Source of the DNA: an uncultured Gammaproteobacteria bacterium
Lineage (GTDB): Bacteria; Pseudomonadota; Gammaproteobacteria; JAGOUU01
Direction of reading: 5' to 3'
NCBI GenBank assembly: GCA_963977185.1
Contig: CAXBNV010000001.1
Location: 118,619-182,618, forward strand
DNA: 64,000 bases
A program made the translations under genes and the position numbers. The notes under the pieces are model-generated. The model was not told the origin of the DNA, did not search any database, and saw only the letters and a list, made by a program, of their open reading frames with translations. Below, piece by piece: positions 40,775 to 50,645 of the stretch. Every line of letters starts with the position of its first letter. Within the stretch, counting starts at the first letter, position 1.

Positions 40775-43063
40775 TTGGTTCTTTCAGTGGATAAATTTTA
40801 TATTGAAGTAGCCGTTATAGTACCGCTTAAAAAGAACTTTCTTTATTTACCATTAAGTGACACTAATTTCGATGACTATAAAATAGGAGCAAGAGTATAT
40901 GTTCCTTTTGGCGCGAAAAAGAATGTTGTTGCTATTATAACTAATGTAATTAAATCTGATGCAAATTTAATTAAATATGGTATATCTAGTTCAAAATTAA
41001 AATATGTAACTAGTATTATAGATAATCAAAATATTCTAGATATAAAATTATTACAATTAGCATCATGGATTTCAAATTATTATTACGCCCCATTAGGCGA
41101 AGTCTTTGCTTTATTTCTACCAAAACAATTAAGAATCGGTAAATTATTAGACAGTATAGATATGTCTTCTAATTTATATATTAATGTAGATTTAAATTTA
41201 ATTAAAAAATCGTCTATAACAGAAAAGCAGCTAGATTTATTAACTAAATTAAATGCATGCGATGATGGTTTGAAAGAGGCTTTTTTATTAGATTTAGGTT
41301 ATAAAAAAACAAGTATTGATAGTTTGATACAAAAAGGATTTATTTATAAAACAAAGGTTAAATCTAATGAATATCAAAATAAAATACAAATAAAGAATAA
41401 TCATTATAATATTGAATTATCTGATGAACAGCAAAAAGCCAGTGATCAAATAATAAATTCTTTAAGTAAATTTCAAGTGTTTCTGTTATTTGGTATTACA
41501 GGTAGCGGTAAAACAGAAGTTTACTTAACAGTTGTAAAATCAATATTTAAAAATAATAATTCACAAAAGCAAGTTTTAGTTTTATTGCCAGAAATAGGTC
41601 TTACTCCACAAATAATTAATAGATTTGAAGCTATTTTTGATGTTCCTATTATGGCTTTACATTCAAAGTGTACTGATACTGAACGAGCAAGAAGATGGAG
41701 TTATATAAAATCAGGAGCATCATGTATTGTTTTAGGTACAAGATCAGCTGTATTCGCGCCTTTTGTCAATTTAGAATTGATTGTTGTTGATGAAGAGCAT
41801 GATTTATCTTTTAGACAGCATGATAAATTTGTCAGATATTGCGCAAAAGATGTAGCTATTATGAGAGCTAAGCAATGCAATATACCTATTATATTAGGCT
41901 CTGCAACGCCTTCATTTGAAAGTTATCATAATACAGAATTGAAAAAATATCATAAACTTGAGTTAACTAAAAGACCAGGATCTGGCGTTATGCCTGATAT
42001 TAAAATCATAGATGTTAAATCAGAAAAATTGCAAACAGGTTTGTCTAACGCTGCAATTAAAGCTATAAAACAGCATCTTTCTTGTGGTTATAAAGTAATG
42101 TTGTTTTTAAATCGAAGAGGATTTGCGCCAATTTTACTTTGTCATGATTGTGGATGGATTGCAAAATGTATTAATTGTGATGCATCTTTAACTCTACATA
42201 TGCATAGTAAAAGGCTTGTTTGTCATCATTGTAATTATATAGCAAAATTATTAGAGACATGTCCTAAATGTGGTAGTTTTGATTTGAACTCTGTTGGTAT
42301 TGGAACAGAGCAACTAGAAAATCATTTAAAACAAAATTTACTAAAAGAATTTAATCTGTCATCAGATAATATTATTAGAATAGATAAAGATACTACTAGT
42401 AAAAAAGGTAGTTTAGAGCTGGCCTTAAATAGCATTAATAAGAGCAATAACCCACAGATTATTCTAGGTACGCAGATGCTTGCTAAAGGACATAATTTTA
42501 ACAAATTAAATCTAGTAGTAATTCTAGATCCTGATTTTTCATTTTTTAGCTCTGATTTTAGAGCCTCAGAGAAATCTATGCAGCTATTAATGCAGGTATG
42601 TGGCCGCTCTGGAAGAATGCAATCTGGAGGGCAAGTGTTATTGCAGACACATTTCCCAGAGCATGATCTTTGGAAATATGTTAAAAAATCTGATTATAAA
42701 AACTTTGTGTGTAATAGTTTAACCCAGCGATTAAAAACAAACTTACCACCTATAAGCTTTATGGCTTTATTGCGAGTTGAGTCTAACAAATTTGAAGATG
42801 TGATGCACTTTTTGAGTAATGCAAAAAATGAGGGCGCATCTTTAATCAAAAATTATCATTATAAGAATATAATTAATTTATTAGGGCCAGTACCTGCTCC
42901 AATGGCGCGTAAAAATAGTCTATATAGAGGGCATTTATTAATTTTAAGTACTAAAAGACAAGAGTTACATGTGTTTTTAGATAATTTAACATATTACTTT
43001 AATAGTTTAAAAAAATATAATATAAAATGGTTGTTAGAAATTGATCCAAAGGATATTTATTAG
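40775..43063 (+). CDS. priA: Primosomal protein N' (replication restart helicase PriA)
   Basis: GITGSGKTEVY Walker A. DEEH. Cys-rich Zn-binding CHDCGW...CINCD...CHHCN...CPKCGS. Start is TTG or GTG. Confidence 0.9.
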   Translation: MVLSVDKFYIEVAVIVPLKKNFLYLPLSDTNFDDYKIGARVYVPFGAKKNVVAIITNVIKSDANLIKYGISSSKLKYVTSIIDNQNILDIKLLQLASWISNYYYAPLGEVFALFLPKQLRIGKLLDSIDMSSNLYINVDLNLIKKSSITEKQLDLLTKLNACDDGLKEAFLLDLGYKKTSIDSLIQKGFIYKTKVKSNEYQNKIQIKNNHYNIELSDEQQKASDQIINSLSKFQVFLLFGITGSGKTEVYLTVVKSIFKNNNSQKQVLVLLPEIGLTPQIINRFEAIFDVPIMALHSKCTDTERARRWSYIKSGASCIVLGTRSAVFAPFVNLELIVVDEEHDLSFRQHDKFVRYCAKDVAIMRAKQCNIPIILGSATPSFESYHNTELKKYHKLELTKRPGSGVMPDIKIIDVKSEKLQTGLSNAAIKAIKQHLSCGYKVMLFLNRRGFAPILLCHDCGWIAKCINCDASLTLHMHSKRLVCHHCNYIAKLLETCPKCGSFDLNSVGIGTEQLENHLKQNLLKEFNLSSDNIIRIDKDTTSKKGSLELALNSINKSNNPQIILGTQMLAKGHNFNKLNLVVILDPDFSFFSSDFRASEKSMQLLMQVCGRSGRMQSGGQVLLQTHFPEHDLWKYVKKSDYKNFVCNSLTQRLKTNLPPISFMALLRVESNKFEDVMHFLSNAKNEGASLIKNYHYKNIINLLGPVPAPMARKNSLYRGHLLILSTKRQELHVFLDNLTYYFNSLKKYNIKWLLEIDPKDIY

Positions 43064-43075
43064 GACACTAAAATT

Positions 43076-43804
43076 ATGGCAAAAGATTTCGCTAAGAAAA
43101 ATAAAAATTATATAAAAGCTCCAACAGCAAGTAAAAAGCCTAAAGAAGATATAAGCAGCACATTGTCACGAAAATTACTGGTTTTGTTTTTTACTGTAAG
43201 TATTATTATTACTTGTTGTCTTATTATTTATATTCAAAATGGTGCTACTTATAGATTAGAAGTTGTTAAGAATAATAATGAAACTATATTAAAACCAAAA
43301 TTTGAATTTTATAAAATTTTACCAAATATGCAGGTAAAACTAGTTAAAGATATAGAAAAAAACAAAAAAACTAAAGAAGGTAAAAAGATAATTAAAGATA
43401 CAAAATTAGTTTCTAGTAAAGACATGCAGGTAGTTAAAATTGAAGATTTAAACCCACATTCAGAAAAATTATTACAAAAAAAATTGATAACTAATAGAAT
43501 AGAAACTAATACAAAAGAAAATCAAAGTAAAAAAAGTATAGATAACAAATTTGGAAAAGCTAAAGATATTAATTATGTTTTGCAATTAGCGTCTTTTAAG
43601 CATTATAAAGATGCAGATAATTTTAGAGCTAAATTAATTTTATCAGGAATAGAGGTTAATATATTTAATGTTAAGTTAAATAACAATGATGTATGGTATA
43701 GAGTTAGAAGCAAAAAAAACGATAATTATCAAGAGATTATAAACTTAAAAGATAAATTACTTGCATTTAAAATAAAAGCCATCATATTAAAAGAAATTAG
43801 TTAA
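43076..43804 (+). CDS. FtsN-like cell division protein with C-terminal SPOR domain
   Basis: N-terminal basic region, then a transmembrane helix (LLVLFFTVSIIITCCLIIYI). C-terminal SPOR-like YVLQLASFKHYKDADNFRAKL. Position priA-ftsN-hslVU matches E. coli. Confidence 0.6.
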   Translation: MAKDFAKKNKNYIKAPTASKKPKEDISSTLSRKLLVLFFTVSIIITCCLIIYIQNGATYRLEVVKNNNETILKPKFEFYKILPNMQVKLVKDIEKNKKTKEGKKIIKDTKLVSSKDMQVVKIEDLNPHSEKLLQKKLITNRIETNTKENQSKKSIDNKFGKAKDINYVLQLASFKHYKDADNFRAKLILSGIEVNIFNVKLNNNDVWYRVRSKKNDNYQEIINLKDKLLAFKIKAIILKEIS

Positions 43805-43834
43805 AATAAATTTATTATAAAGGAGTTGATGCTT

Positions 43835-44377
43835 GTGGAGCAATATAGAGGTACAACGATATTATCAGTGCGCCGTGATAATGGAGTTTCATTGGGCGGT
43901 GATGGTCAGGTTACATTAGGCAATTCAATTATAATGAAAGGTAATGCTAAAAAAATTAGAAGATTATATCACGGGCAAGTTATTTCTGGATTTGCTGGCG
44001 GTACTGCAGATGCATTTACTTTGTATGAGCGATTTGAGGCGAAACTAGAAAAACATCAAGGTCATTTAGTAAGAGCTGCTGTTGAGTTAGCAAAAGATTG
44101 GCGCACAGATAAAATGTTAAGGCGATTAGAGGCATTGTTAGCTGTTGCCGATAAAGACAGTTCATTAATAATTAGCGGTAACGGTGATGTTATAGAGCCT
44201 GAATATGGCATTATGGCTATTGGTTCAGGAGCATCGTATGCTCAGGCGGCGGCAAAAGCTTTAGTAGATAATACTGATTTGTCAGCAAAAGAAATAGTAG
44301 AGAAGTCCTTAATGATCGCAGCTAGTATTTGCTGTTTTACAAATGATCATTTAACTATTGAAGAAATTAATAAGTAA
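43835..44377 (+). CDS. hslV: ATP-dependent protease subunit HslV
   Basis: TTILSVRR...GDGQVTLGN...[15 protein letters not shown] at 43835 gives MEQYRG-TT, a short pro-segment before the catalytic Thr. The track ORF starts at 43826. Confidence 0.9.
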   Translation: MEQYRGTTILSVRRDNGVSLGGDGQVTLGNSIIMKGNAKKIRRLYHGQVISGFAGGTADAFTLYERFEAKLEKHQGHLVRAAVELAKDWRTDKMLRRLEALLAVADKDSSLIISGNGDVIEPEYGIMAIGSGASYAQAAAKALVDNTDLSAKEIVEKSLMIAASICCFTNDHLTIEEINK

Positions 44378-44402
44378 CGCCATATTTTCAAGAGGTATTT
44401 TT

Positions 44403-45764
44403 ATGTCATCAATGACTCCAAAAGAAATTGTAGAAGAATTAGATAAGTTTATAGTTGGGCAAAGTGAAGCTAAAAGAGCAGTTTCTATCGCTTTAAGGAA
44501 TCGCTGGCGCAGAATGCAAGTCGATGAGTCTTTAAGAGCTGAGATAACGCCTAAAAACATTTTAATGATAGGGCCAACAGGAGTTGGTAAAACAGAGATA
44601 GCAAGAAGATTAGCAAAACTTGCTAATGCACCTTTTATTAAAGTAGAAGCAACAAAGTTTACAGAAGTAGGGTATGTTGGCCGTGATGTTGAGCAAATGG
44701 TAAGAGATTTAGCTGCTGAAGCTATAAAAATGACACGTGAAGAGGAAATGGAAAAAGTTAAATCACGTGCTGAAAAAGCGGTTGAAGATTATCTTTTAGA
44801 GTCGTTGTTGCCACAATCAGGAGATGGTGAATTTAATAACGATCCTGAATATTTATTATCTGATGAAAAAGCTAAAAAAGAATCATCAACAAGATCTGCT
44901 TTTAGAAAAAGGTTACGTGAAGGTGGCTTTGATGATAAAGAAATAGAGTTAAACATTTCTGCGCAATCAGGAATGGATATGGATATTATGGCTCCTCCAG
45001 GAATGGAAGATTTAACAAATCAATTACAAGGAATGTTTAAAAGCTTATCAGGTAGCAAAACTAAAAAAAGAAAGCTACCAATAAAAATGGCAAGAAAAAT
45101 TTTATTAGAAGAAGAGTCTAGTAAATTAATTAATGATGATGATATCAAAAATAAAGCATTATATAATGCAGAGCAAAATGGAATTATTTTTATTGATGAA
45201 ATAGATAAAATTTCAACAAGATCAGGCGGAGGCAGTGGCGCTGATGTTTCACGTGAAGGTGTTCAAAGAGATTTATTACCATTAATTGAGGGGTCAACTG
45301 TTACAACTAAATATGGTAGTGTTAAAACTGATCATATTTTATTTATTGCATCTGGCGCTTTCCAGTTGTCTAGACCATCTGATTTAATTCCAGAATTACA
45401 AGGTCGGTTGCCAATTAGAGTTGAGTTAAAACCATTATCTGCTGATGATTTTAGAAGAATTTTAAAAGAACCAAATGCCGCATTAACTAAACAGTATATT
45501 GCTTTACTTGCAACAGAAAAAGTTGATGTTGAATTTACAGACGAAGCTATTGATAAACTAGCAAGAGTTGCATGGCAAGTTAACGAAAAATCAGAAAATA
45601 TTGGTGCAAGAAGACTTGCAACAGTGATGGAGAAATTATTTGAAAACTTATCGTATAATGCTAGTGATGAAGCTGGTAAAAAAGTAGTTATTGATGAACA
45701 ATATGTTGGTAAATATTTGGATGAAGTAATAGAAGATGAAGATCTAACTGATTATATTTTATAA
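44403..45764 (+). CDS. hslU: ATP-dependent protease ATPase subunit HslU
   Basis: [20 protein letters not shown]. Walker [16 protein letters not shown]. The track ORF starts 45 nt upstream, but homology supports the ATG at 44403. Confidence 0.93.
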   Translation: MSSMTPKEIVEELDKFIVGQSEAKRAVSIALRNRWRRMQVDESLRAEITPKNILMIGPTGVGKTEIARRLAKLANAPFIKVEATKFTEVGYVGRDVEQMVRDLAAEAIKMTREEEMEKVKSRAEKAVEDYLLESLLPQSGDGEFNNDPEYLLSDEKAKKESSTRSAFRKRLREGGFDDKEIELNISAQSGMDMDIMAPPGMEDLTNQLQGMFKSLSGSKTKKRKLPIKMARKILLEEESSKLINDDDIKNKALYNAEQNGIIFIDEIDKISTRSGGGSGADVSREGVQRDLLPLIEGSTVTTKYGSVKTDHILFIASGAFQLSRPSDLIPELQGRLPIRVELKPLSADDFRRILKEPNAALTKQYIALLATEKVDVEFTDEAIDKLARVAWQVNEKSENIGARRLATVMEKLFENLSYNASDEAGKKVVIDEQYVGKYLDEVIEDEDLTDYIL

Positions 45765-45812
45765 ATTATTGCATGCAATAATTTTTGTCCCTCTCCAACT
45801 TGCAGGAGAGGG
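45764..45812 (+). terminator. Tandem hairpins downstream of hslU, probable terminator
   Basis: Perfect 20 nt palindrome aattattgcatgcaataatt. Then ccctctcc-aacttgca-ggagaggg. Confidence 0.4.
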
Positions 45813-45842
45813 CATTACTATATACAGGCGAGAAATATTTAG

Positions 45843-46613
45843 ATGAACTCTGAAAAAAAGCAAAATAACCAAGAAAATAACTACACCCACTTTGGTTATC
45901 AGGAAGTAAAAAAAGAAGATAAAATTTTTAAGGTCAAAGAAGTCTTTGATGATGTGGCAATAAAATATGACATCATGAATGATTTTATGTCATTAGGTCT
46001 GCATAGAATATGGAAATGGGTTACTTGTAATTTAAGTAATGTAAGGGCTAATCAACTAGTATTAGATTTAGCTGGTGGCACAGGAGATCTTACTAAAATT
46101 TTAGCAAAAAAAGTTCTACCTCATGGAAAAGTAATTTTATCTGATATTAATAGCAGCATGTTATCTGTTGGACGCGATAATATGATAGATAATAACTTAT
46201 TGAATGTGGATTATACCGTTGGTAATGCTGAATGTTTGCCTTTTGCTGATAACATGTTTGATTGTGTGACAATGGCCTTTGGTTTAAGAAATGTTACAGA
46301 TAAAGAATCAGCTTTAAAAAGTATTTATAGAGTGTTAAAGCCAGGAGGAAAGCTTCTAGTTTTGGAGTTTTCTAAACCTATTATTGGAATTGTTGAAAAA
46401 TTATATGATTTTTATTCTTTTAATATTATTCCGTATATGGGAGAAATAATTGCTGGTAAACAAGAGCACTATAAATATTTGGTTGAATCTATCAGAAAAC
46501 ATCCTGATCAAGAAAAATTAAAAAAAATGTTTGAAGAAGCAGGTTTTTTCAAATGTAATTACCATAATTTTAATATGGGTATTGTTGCTTTACATACTGG
46601 ATATAAAGTATAA
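45843..46613 (+). CDS. ubiE: Ubiquinone/menaquinone C-methyltransferase UbiE
   Basis: FGYQEVKKEDK...VFDDVAIKYDIMND. SAM-binding motif LDLAGGTGD. Confidence 0.9.
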   Translation: MNSEKKQNNQENNYTHFGYQEVKKEDKIFKVKEVFDDVAIKYDIMNDFMSLGLHRIWKWVTCNLSNVRANQLVLDLAGGTGDLTKILAKKVLPHGKVILSDINSSMLSVGRDNMIDNNLLNVDYTVGNAECLPFADNMFDCVTMAFGLRNVTDKESALKSIYRVLKPGGKLLVLEFSKPIIGIVEKLYDFYSFNIIPYMGEIIAGKQEHYKYLVESIRKHPDQEKLKKMFEEAGFFKCNYHNFNMGIVALHTGYKV

Positions 46614-47210
46614 ATGGAATTTTTTATGGATTTAATTTTTACGCCATTTGAATTAGTTTTAAATCAAATATTACATCAAGACCCAAAATATGCTAAATTT
46701 TTAGAAAAATATAACAGTAAAATCATTTTAATTAATTCGGTCTATATTTATATTAAAAAATCAGGGCTTAGTTTTTCTTTATCTATATCAAAACCTTCAC
46801 AGCAACCTGATTTAGTTATTAAATTTCTATATACGCAAAGTATTATATTATTAATTGAAACGTTTCAAGATAATATAGATCATCAGAAATTAGATTTAAA
46901 TGGCGATTTAGGATTAGCACAAGATTTTTTTACGATATTTAAGAATTATGATAGTTTTTATTTAAATAAAATAGCAAAAATATTTGGTGATATTTTTTCA
47001 TATAGTGCAGATTTTGTAGGTAAAGATATAACAAATTCTTTGAAATATAAGCAGGAAAATTTAAAAGACATGTTCGTGTTTTATTTGGAAGATGAGCTTC
47101 AAGTTATTGCAACAAAAGAAGAGGTGAAAAGCTTTATTTCAGACATTGACAAAATAAGACTTGAATGTGATAGACTTGAGGCCAGAATAAATAAATTAAT
47201 GCAAAACTAG
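46614..47210 (+). CDS. ubiJ: Ubiquinone biosynthesis accessory factor UbiJ (SCP2-like)
   Basis: Lies between ubiE and ubiB as in E. coli. About 200 aa with a coiled-coil C-terminus. Confidence 0.65.
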   Translation: MEFFMDLIFTPFELVLNQILHQDPKYAKFLEKYNSKIILINSVYIYIKKSGLSFSLSISKPSQQPDLVIKFLYTQSIILLIETFQDNIDHQKLDLNGDLGLAQDFFTIFKNYDSFYLNKIAKIFGDIFSYSADFVGKDITNSLKYKQENLKDMFVFYLEDELQVIATKEEVKSFISDIDKIRLECDRLEARINKLMQN

Positions 47211-47221
47211 GCTATTTTTCG

Positions 47222-48778
47222 ATGAAATTAATTCGTAATTTTTTTAGATTTATCAAAATAAAACATGTAATTTTGAAGTATGATTTGTTACAGATAGTCG
47301 TTGATTATTCTAATAGTAAATTTATCAAATCTATTAATTTTTTTAACCCATGGCATTATAGTAAAATTTCTAAAAAATATTCTCAAGGAGTAAGACTACG
47401 GTTATCTTTAGAGGAACTTGGTCCCATATTTGTTAAGTTTGGACAATTATTGTCAACTAGACCTGATTTATTTCCAGCATCTGTAATAGAAGAATTAAGA
47501 TTACTGCAAGATAAGGTAAAACCTTTTGATACTGCTTTGGTTCATAAAGAGTTAGAACGTTCTTATGGTAAAAATTATAAAAAGGTTTTTCTTGATTTTA
47601 ATTATAAGCCAATAGCTGCTGCATCTATAGCTCAAGTACATTTTGCCAAACTACAAGATAACACCGAAGTTGCAGTAAAAATATTAAGACCTAATATTGT
47701 TAAACAGATATCCAAAGATGTGGATTTATTAAAAGCTATAGTTAGGGTTTTAGCGTTAGTATGGAGCAACATTAAAAGATTTAGATTACCAGAAGTGGTA
47801 AATGAGTTTGAACGGACATTAGATGATGAGCTTGATTTATTGAAAGAAGCAGCAAATGCCTCTCAATTGAAAAGAAATTTTAAAGATAGTGACATTTTGT
47901 ATATTCCAGAAATACATTGGGATTACTGTAGACCAAGTATTTTAGTTGCAGAAAGAATTTCAGGAATTCCTATATCAGATATAACAACTTTAAAATCAAT
48001 TAATACTGACATGAAAGTATTAGCAAAAAGAGGAGTTGATATTTTTTTTACTCAAGTATTTAGAGATAAGTTTTTTCATGCAGATATGCATTCTGGTAAT
48101 ATTTTTGTTGATGTATCAAATCCAGCAAATCCTAAATATTTAGCAGTTGATTTTGGTATTGTGGGATCATTAAGTTTAGAAGATCAAGAATATCTTGCGT
48201 TAAATTTTTTAGCTTTTTTAGATCAAGACTATTATAAAATAGCACAGTTACATGTTGATTCAGGGTGGATTAATAAAAATACTAGAGTTGAACTATTTGC
48301 AGCAGCAATTAGAACTGTTTGTGAGCCTATTTTTGAGAAGCCATTAAAAGATATATCATTTGGTAATTTATTACTTCGATTATTCCAAGTGGCGCAAAAA
48401 TTTGATATGGAAGTGCAACCGCAGTTATTATTGTTGCAAAAAACATTGATATCAATAGAGGGTCTTGGCCGACAATTATATCCTGACTTAGAGTTATGGG
48501 TTGTGGCTAAACCGTATTTACAAAATTGGTTTAAAGAAAGATATAATGTTTGTTCAGCTTTAGAAAAATTCAAAGATAGTGTTCCAGATTGGCTAAGTTT
48601 AGTGCCTGCAATACCTAAATATATAAAAAATAATCTGCTTCATAATTCACAAGATAGCAGTAATCTAGAAATGATTCGAATTAATAATTTAAATAAAATA
48701 AATAATAATTTAAAAATCATGAATTATTTCATAGCCTTAGGAATTTTAGTTGTAAGTGCTTATTTATTTATTAAATAG
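47222..48778 (+). CDS. ubiB: Ubiquinone biosynthesis protein kinase-like UbiB (ABC1 family)
   Basis: ABC1/ADCK kinase-like motifs (AAASIAQVHFA, HADMHSGNIF, DFG). C-terminal transmembrane helix. Confidence 0.88.
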   Translation: MKLIRNFFRFIKIKHVILKYDLLQIVVDYSNSKFIKSINFFNPWHYSKISKKYSQGVRLRLSLEELGPIFVKFGQLLSTRPDLFPASVIEELRLLQDKVKPFDTALVHKELERSYGKNYKKVFLDFNYKPIAAASIAQVHFAKLQDNTEVAVKILRPNIVKQISKDVDLLKAIVRVLALVWSNIKRFRLPEVVNEFERTLDDELDLLKEAANASQLKRNFKDSDILYIPEIHWDYCRPSILVAERISGIPISDITTLKSINTDMKVLAKRGVDIFFTQVFRDKFFHADMHSGNIFVDVSNPANPKYLAVDFGIVGSLSLEDQEYLALNFLAFLDQDYYKIAQLHVDSGWINKNTRVELFAAAIRTVCEPIFEKPLKDISFGNLLLRLFQVAQKFDMEVQPQLLLLQKTLISIEGLGRQLYPDLELWVVAKPYLQNWFKERYNVCSALEKFKDSVPDWLSLVPAIPKYIKNNLLHNSQDSSNLEMIRINNLNKINNNLKIMNYFIALGILVVSAYLFIK

Positions 48779-48814
48779 CTTTTTTAATTATGATATAATA
48801 GACATGTTTTTAAA

Positions 48815-48902
48815 GGAGAGATGTCCGAGCGGTCGAAGGAGCACGCCTGGAAAGTGTGTATACGGTTTCGTATCGAGGGTTCGAATCCCTCTCTCTCCGC
48901 CA
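48815..48902 (+). tRNA. tRNA-Ser(GGA)
   Basis: Acceptor ggagaga/tctctcc. Anticodon loop cuGGAaa. Long variable arm. T-loop ggttcgaatcc. 3' CCA. Confidence 0.85.
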
Positions 48903-49238
48903 GTTTTCGAGGTTTTGAAAAAGTAGTAGTATTTTATTTATTGCATTGTTATCCATTTTTTCAACAATTTTCTCAATACCTAGTGAAGCAATAATTTCAT
49001 AATAACTGATTATAGTCATTGCAAATATTCCTATTATAATAAGGCAGCTTGTATTTATAACTATGTTTATAAAATACATTCATCTATAGTACAGTCTTCT
49101 TTTTAAGTTGTTCAGTTGCAATATAAATGTTGTATCATAAGAATCAATGTTATTATAAAAAAATTTAAATGCCATATCTAGCAATGTTTTTTATATAAGA
49201 AGCGATAAATATGGATAATATTGTAAAATTAAAAATGA

Positions 49239-49979
49239 ATGGTAAATCTTATGTCAAAAGAATATGTTTTTCATGATTCGCCAAAAAATAATGAAAAAAC
49301 AAAAAAGATAGTTCTTGGAATTTCTTCAGACAAAATTTTATTTGTTTACGTTGATATAGATGAACTAAATAAAGTTTTTAATGCAAATATGAAAACATTA
49401 ATGAAGAAGATCTACTTAAATAATCATAGAACGTTTAATATTGATTGCTTATATAGTATTGATGAAATTAGAACCAGTTACTTAGATACTTTAAATATCA
49501 TACAACTTTATCAAGTTTTAACATATATTAAAGATATAGAAGATTTATTGCATGATTTTAAAGACATGTTAGTTGATCTTATTCAACATATTAACATAAA
49601 TAATAAAATTATAGATATAAATATAAATGAACTATCTTATCAAAATATTGTAGAAGAGTATTGTCATTTGTATTTGAGATTAAAAGGAATAACAAGCTAT
49701 AATTTTAATACTGAATATATCGAATCTGTAAATTTTTCTTTGCATAAGATAATTTATTTTGTCTCTAAAATTCCTGTAATAAAAACTGATATTGAGCAAA
49801 ATATTGCAGCTAAGAAACATTTTTCTTTAGATGATGTTTCGATAGAAATAGAAACGTCGGATGATGAGAGTTATCAGCCTCAGTATCAAACTCACACAAC
49901 GAACAATTTGAGTTTAGATTTAAGTAATTTAGAGTTTATCAAATACCAAGCATATTTAAATACAAGCAAAAAAAAATAA
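49239..49979 (+). CDS. Hypothetical protein (246 aa), orphan
   Basis: ORF in an AT-rich island. No recognisable motif. An alternative start MSKEYVF lies at 49251. Confidence 0.4.
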   Translation: MVNLMSKEYVFHDSPKNNEKTKKIVLGISSDKILFVYVDIDELNKVFNANMKTLMKKIYLNNHRTFNIDCLYSIDEIRTSYLDTLNIIQLYQVLTYIKDIEDLLHDFKDMLVDLIQHININNKIIDININELSYQNIVEEYCHLYLRLKGITSYNFNTEYIESVNFSLHKIIYFVSKIPVIKTDIEQNIAAKKHFSLDDVSIEIETSDDESYQPQYQTHTTNNLSLDLSNLEFIKYQAYLNTSKKK

Positions 49980-50085
49980 CAATAATAAAGACAGTTATTA
50001 GATGGTTTAAAGCTAAATTTAAATAATAATTGATATTAAATTTTATTTATGTTGATATGACAATGGAAAAAAAATTTAGGAGTAC

Positions 50086-50595
50086 ATGATGCACAAAACA
50101 AAATTTGGGCATAATTCAGATTTAGCTATTATAAATATAAATTATATTGATGTTACATGCTCTCGAAAGAATTTATTGATTCTTGGAGCTGTTGTTCTAG
50201 GGATTTCAGGAGGAGCATATACATTAAATCATACAAAATCGTGTAAAGCCCCTTTGGTTTATTTATATAATAAATTAAATAAAAAACAAGATACACCTGA
50301 TGTATCAGAATCAATTGTAAAAAAAGAGATTGAAGTAATTGATTCTAACTCTTTTCAAGAATCAGAAATTCAGACAAATGAACCTAGTGAACAAAGATTA
50401 GACTGTGATGAAACATTAGATGGTAATGAAGCATCAGATTGTGATGAAACATTAGGAAAAATGTTTAATTATAATAGTACTAGAGAACTTGACGATTATC
50501 ATATGCCAGATAAAGCTGAAGTTATTGCCGAGCAAGAAAACCACGAGGCTCAAAATCCTGGTATATTCGGTCGTTTATTTCGCAAATTTCAATAA
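50086..50595 (+). CDS. Hypothetical single-pass membrane protein with an acidic C-terminal region and an internal duplication
   Basis: Transmembrane helix NLLILGAVVLGISGGAY. Duplicated DCDETL(D/G) segment. Confidence 0.4.
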   Translation: MMHKTKFGHNSDLAIININYIDVTCSRKNLLILGAVVLGISGGAYTLNHTKSCKAPLVYLYNKLNKKQDTPDVSESIVKKEIEVIDSNSFQESEIQTNEPSEQRLDCDETLDGNEASDCDETLGKMFNYNSTRELDDYHMPDKAEVIAEQENHEAQNPGIFGRLFRKFQ

Positions 50596-50645
50596 GTATA
50601 AATTGTGATTTTTAATATATTGAGGTTTTTGCTAAGATAATTTGA

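Noticed and set aside
43826-43856. HslV N-terminal extension (MEQYRG) before the catalytic Thr, as a possible novel propeptide
   Set aside because: Short xxF/YxG pro-segments before Thr1 occur in HslV/CodW family members of other bacteria. This is probably ordinary and reflects start-codon choice, not a new processing mechanism.
48810-49079. Minus-strand 89 aa ORF
   Set aside because: Its 3' portion is the antisense of tRNA-Ser(GGA). The rest is AT-rich intergenic sequence.
48903-49238. Integrase or attachment-site remnant downstream of tRNA-Ser(GGA)
   Set aside because: No ORF with recombinase motifs. No convincing direct repeat of the tRNA 3' end (gaatccctctctctccgcc) anywhere in 48.9-54.7 kb. 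The only similar string is the other tRNA-Ser gene at 11.4 kb.
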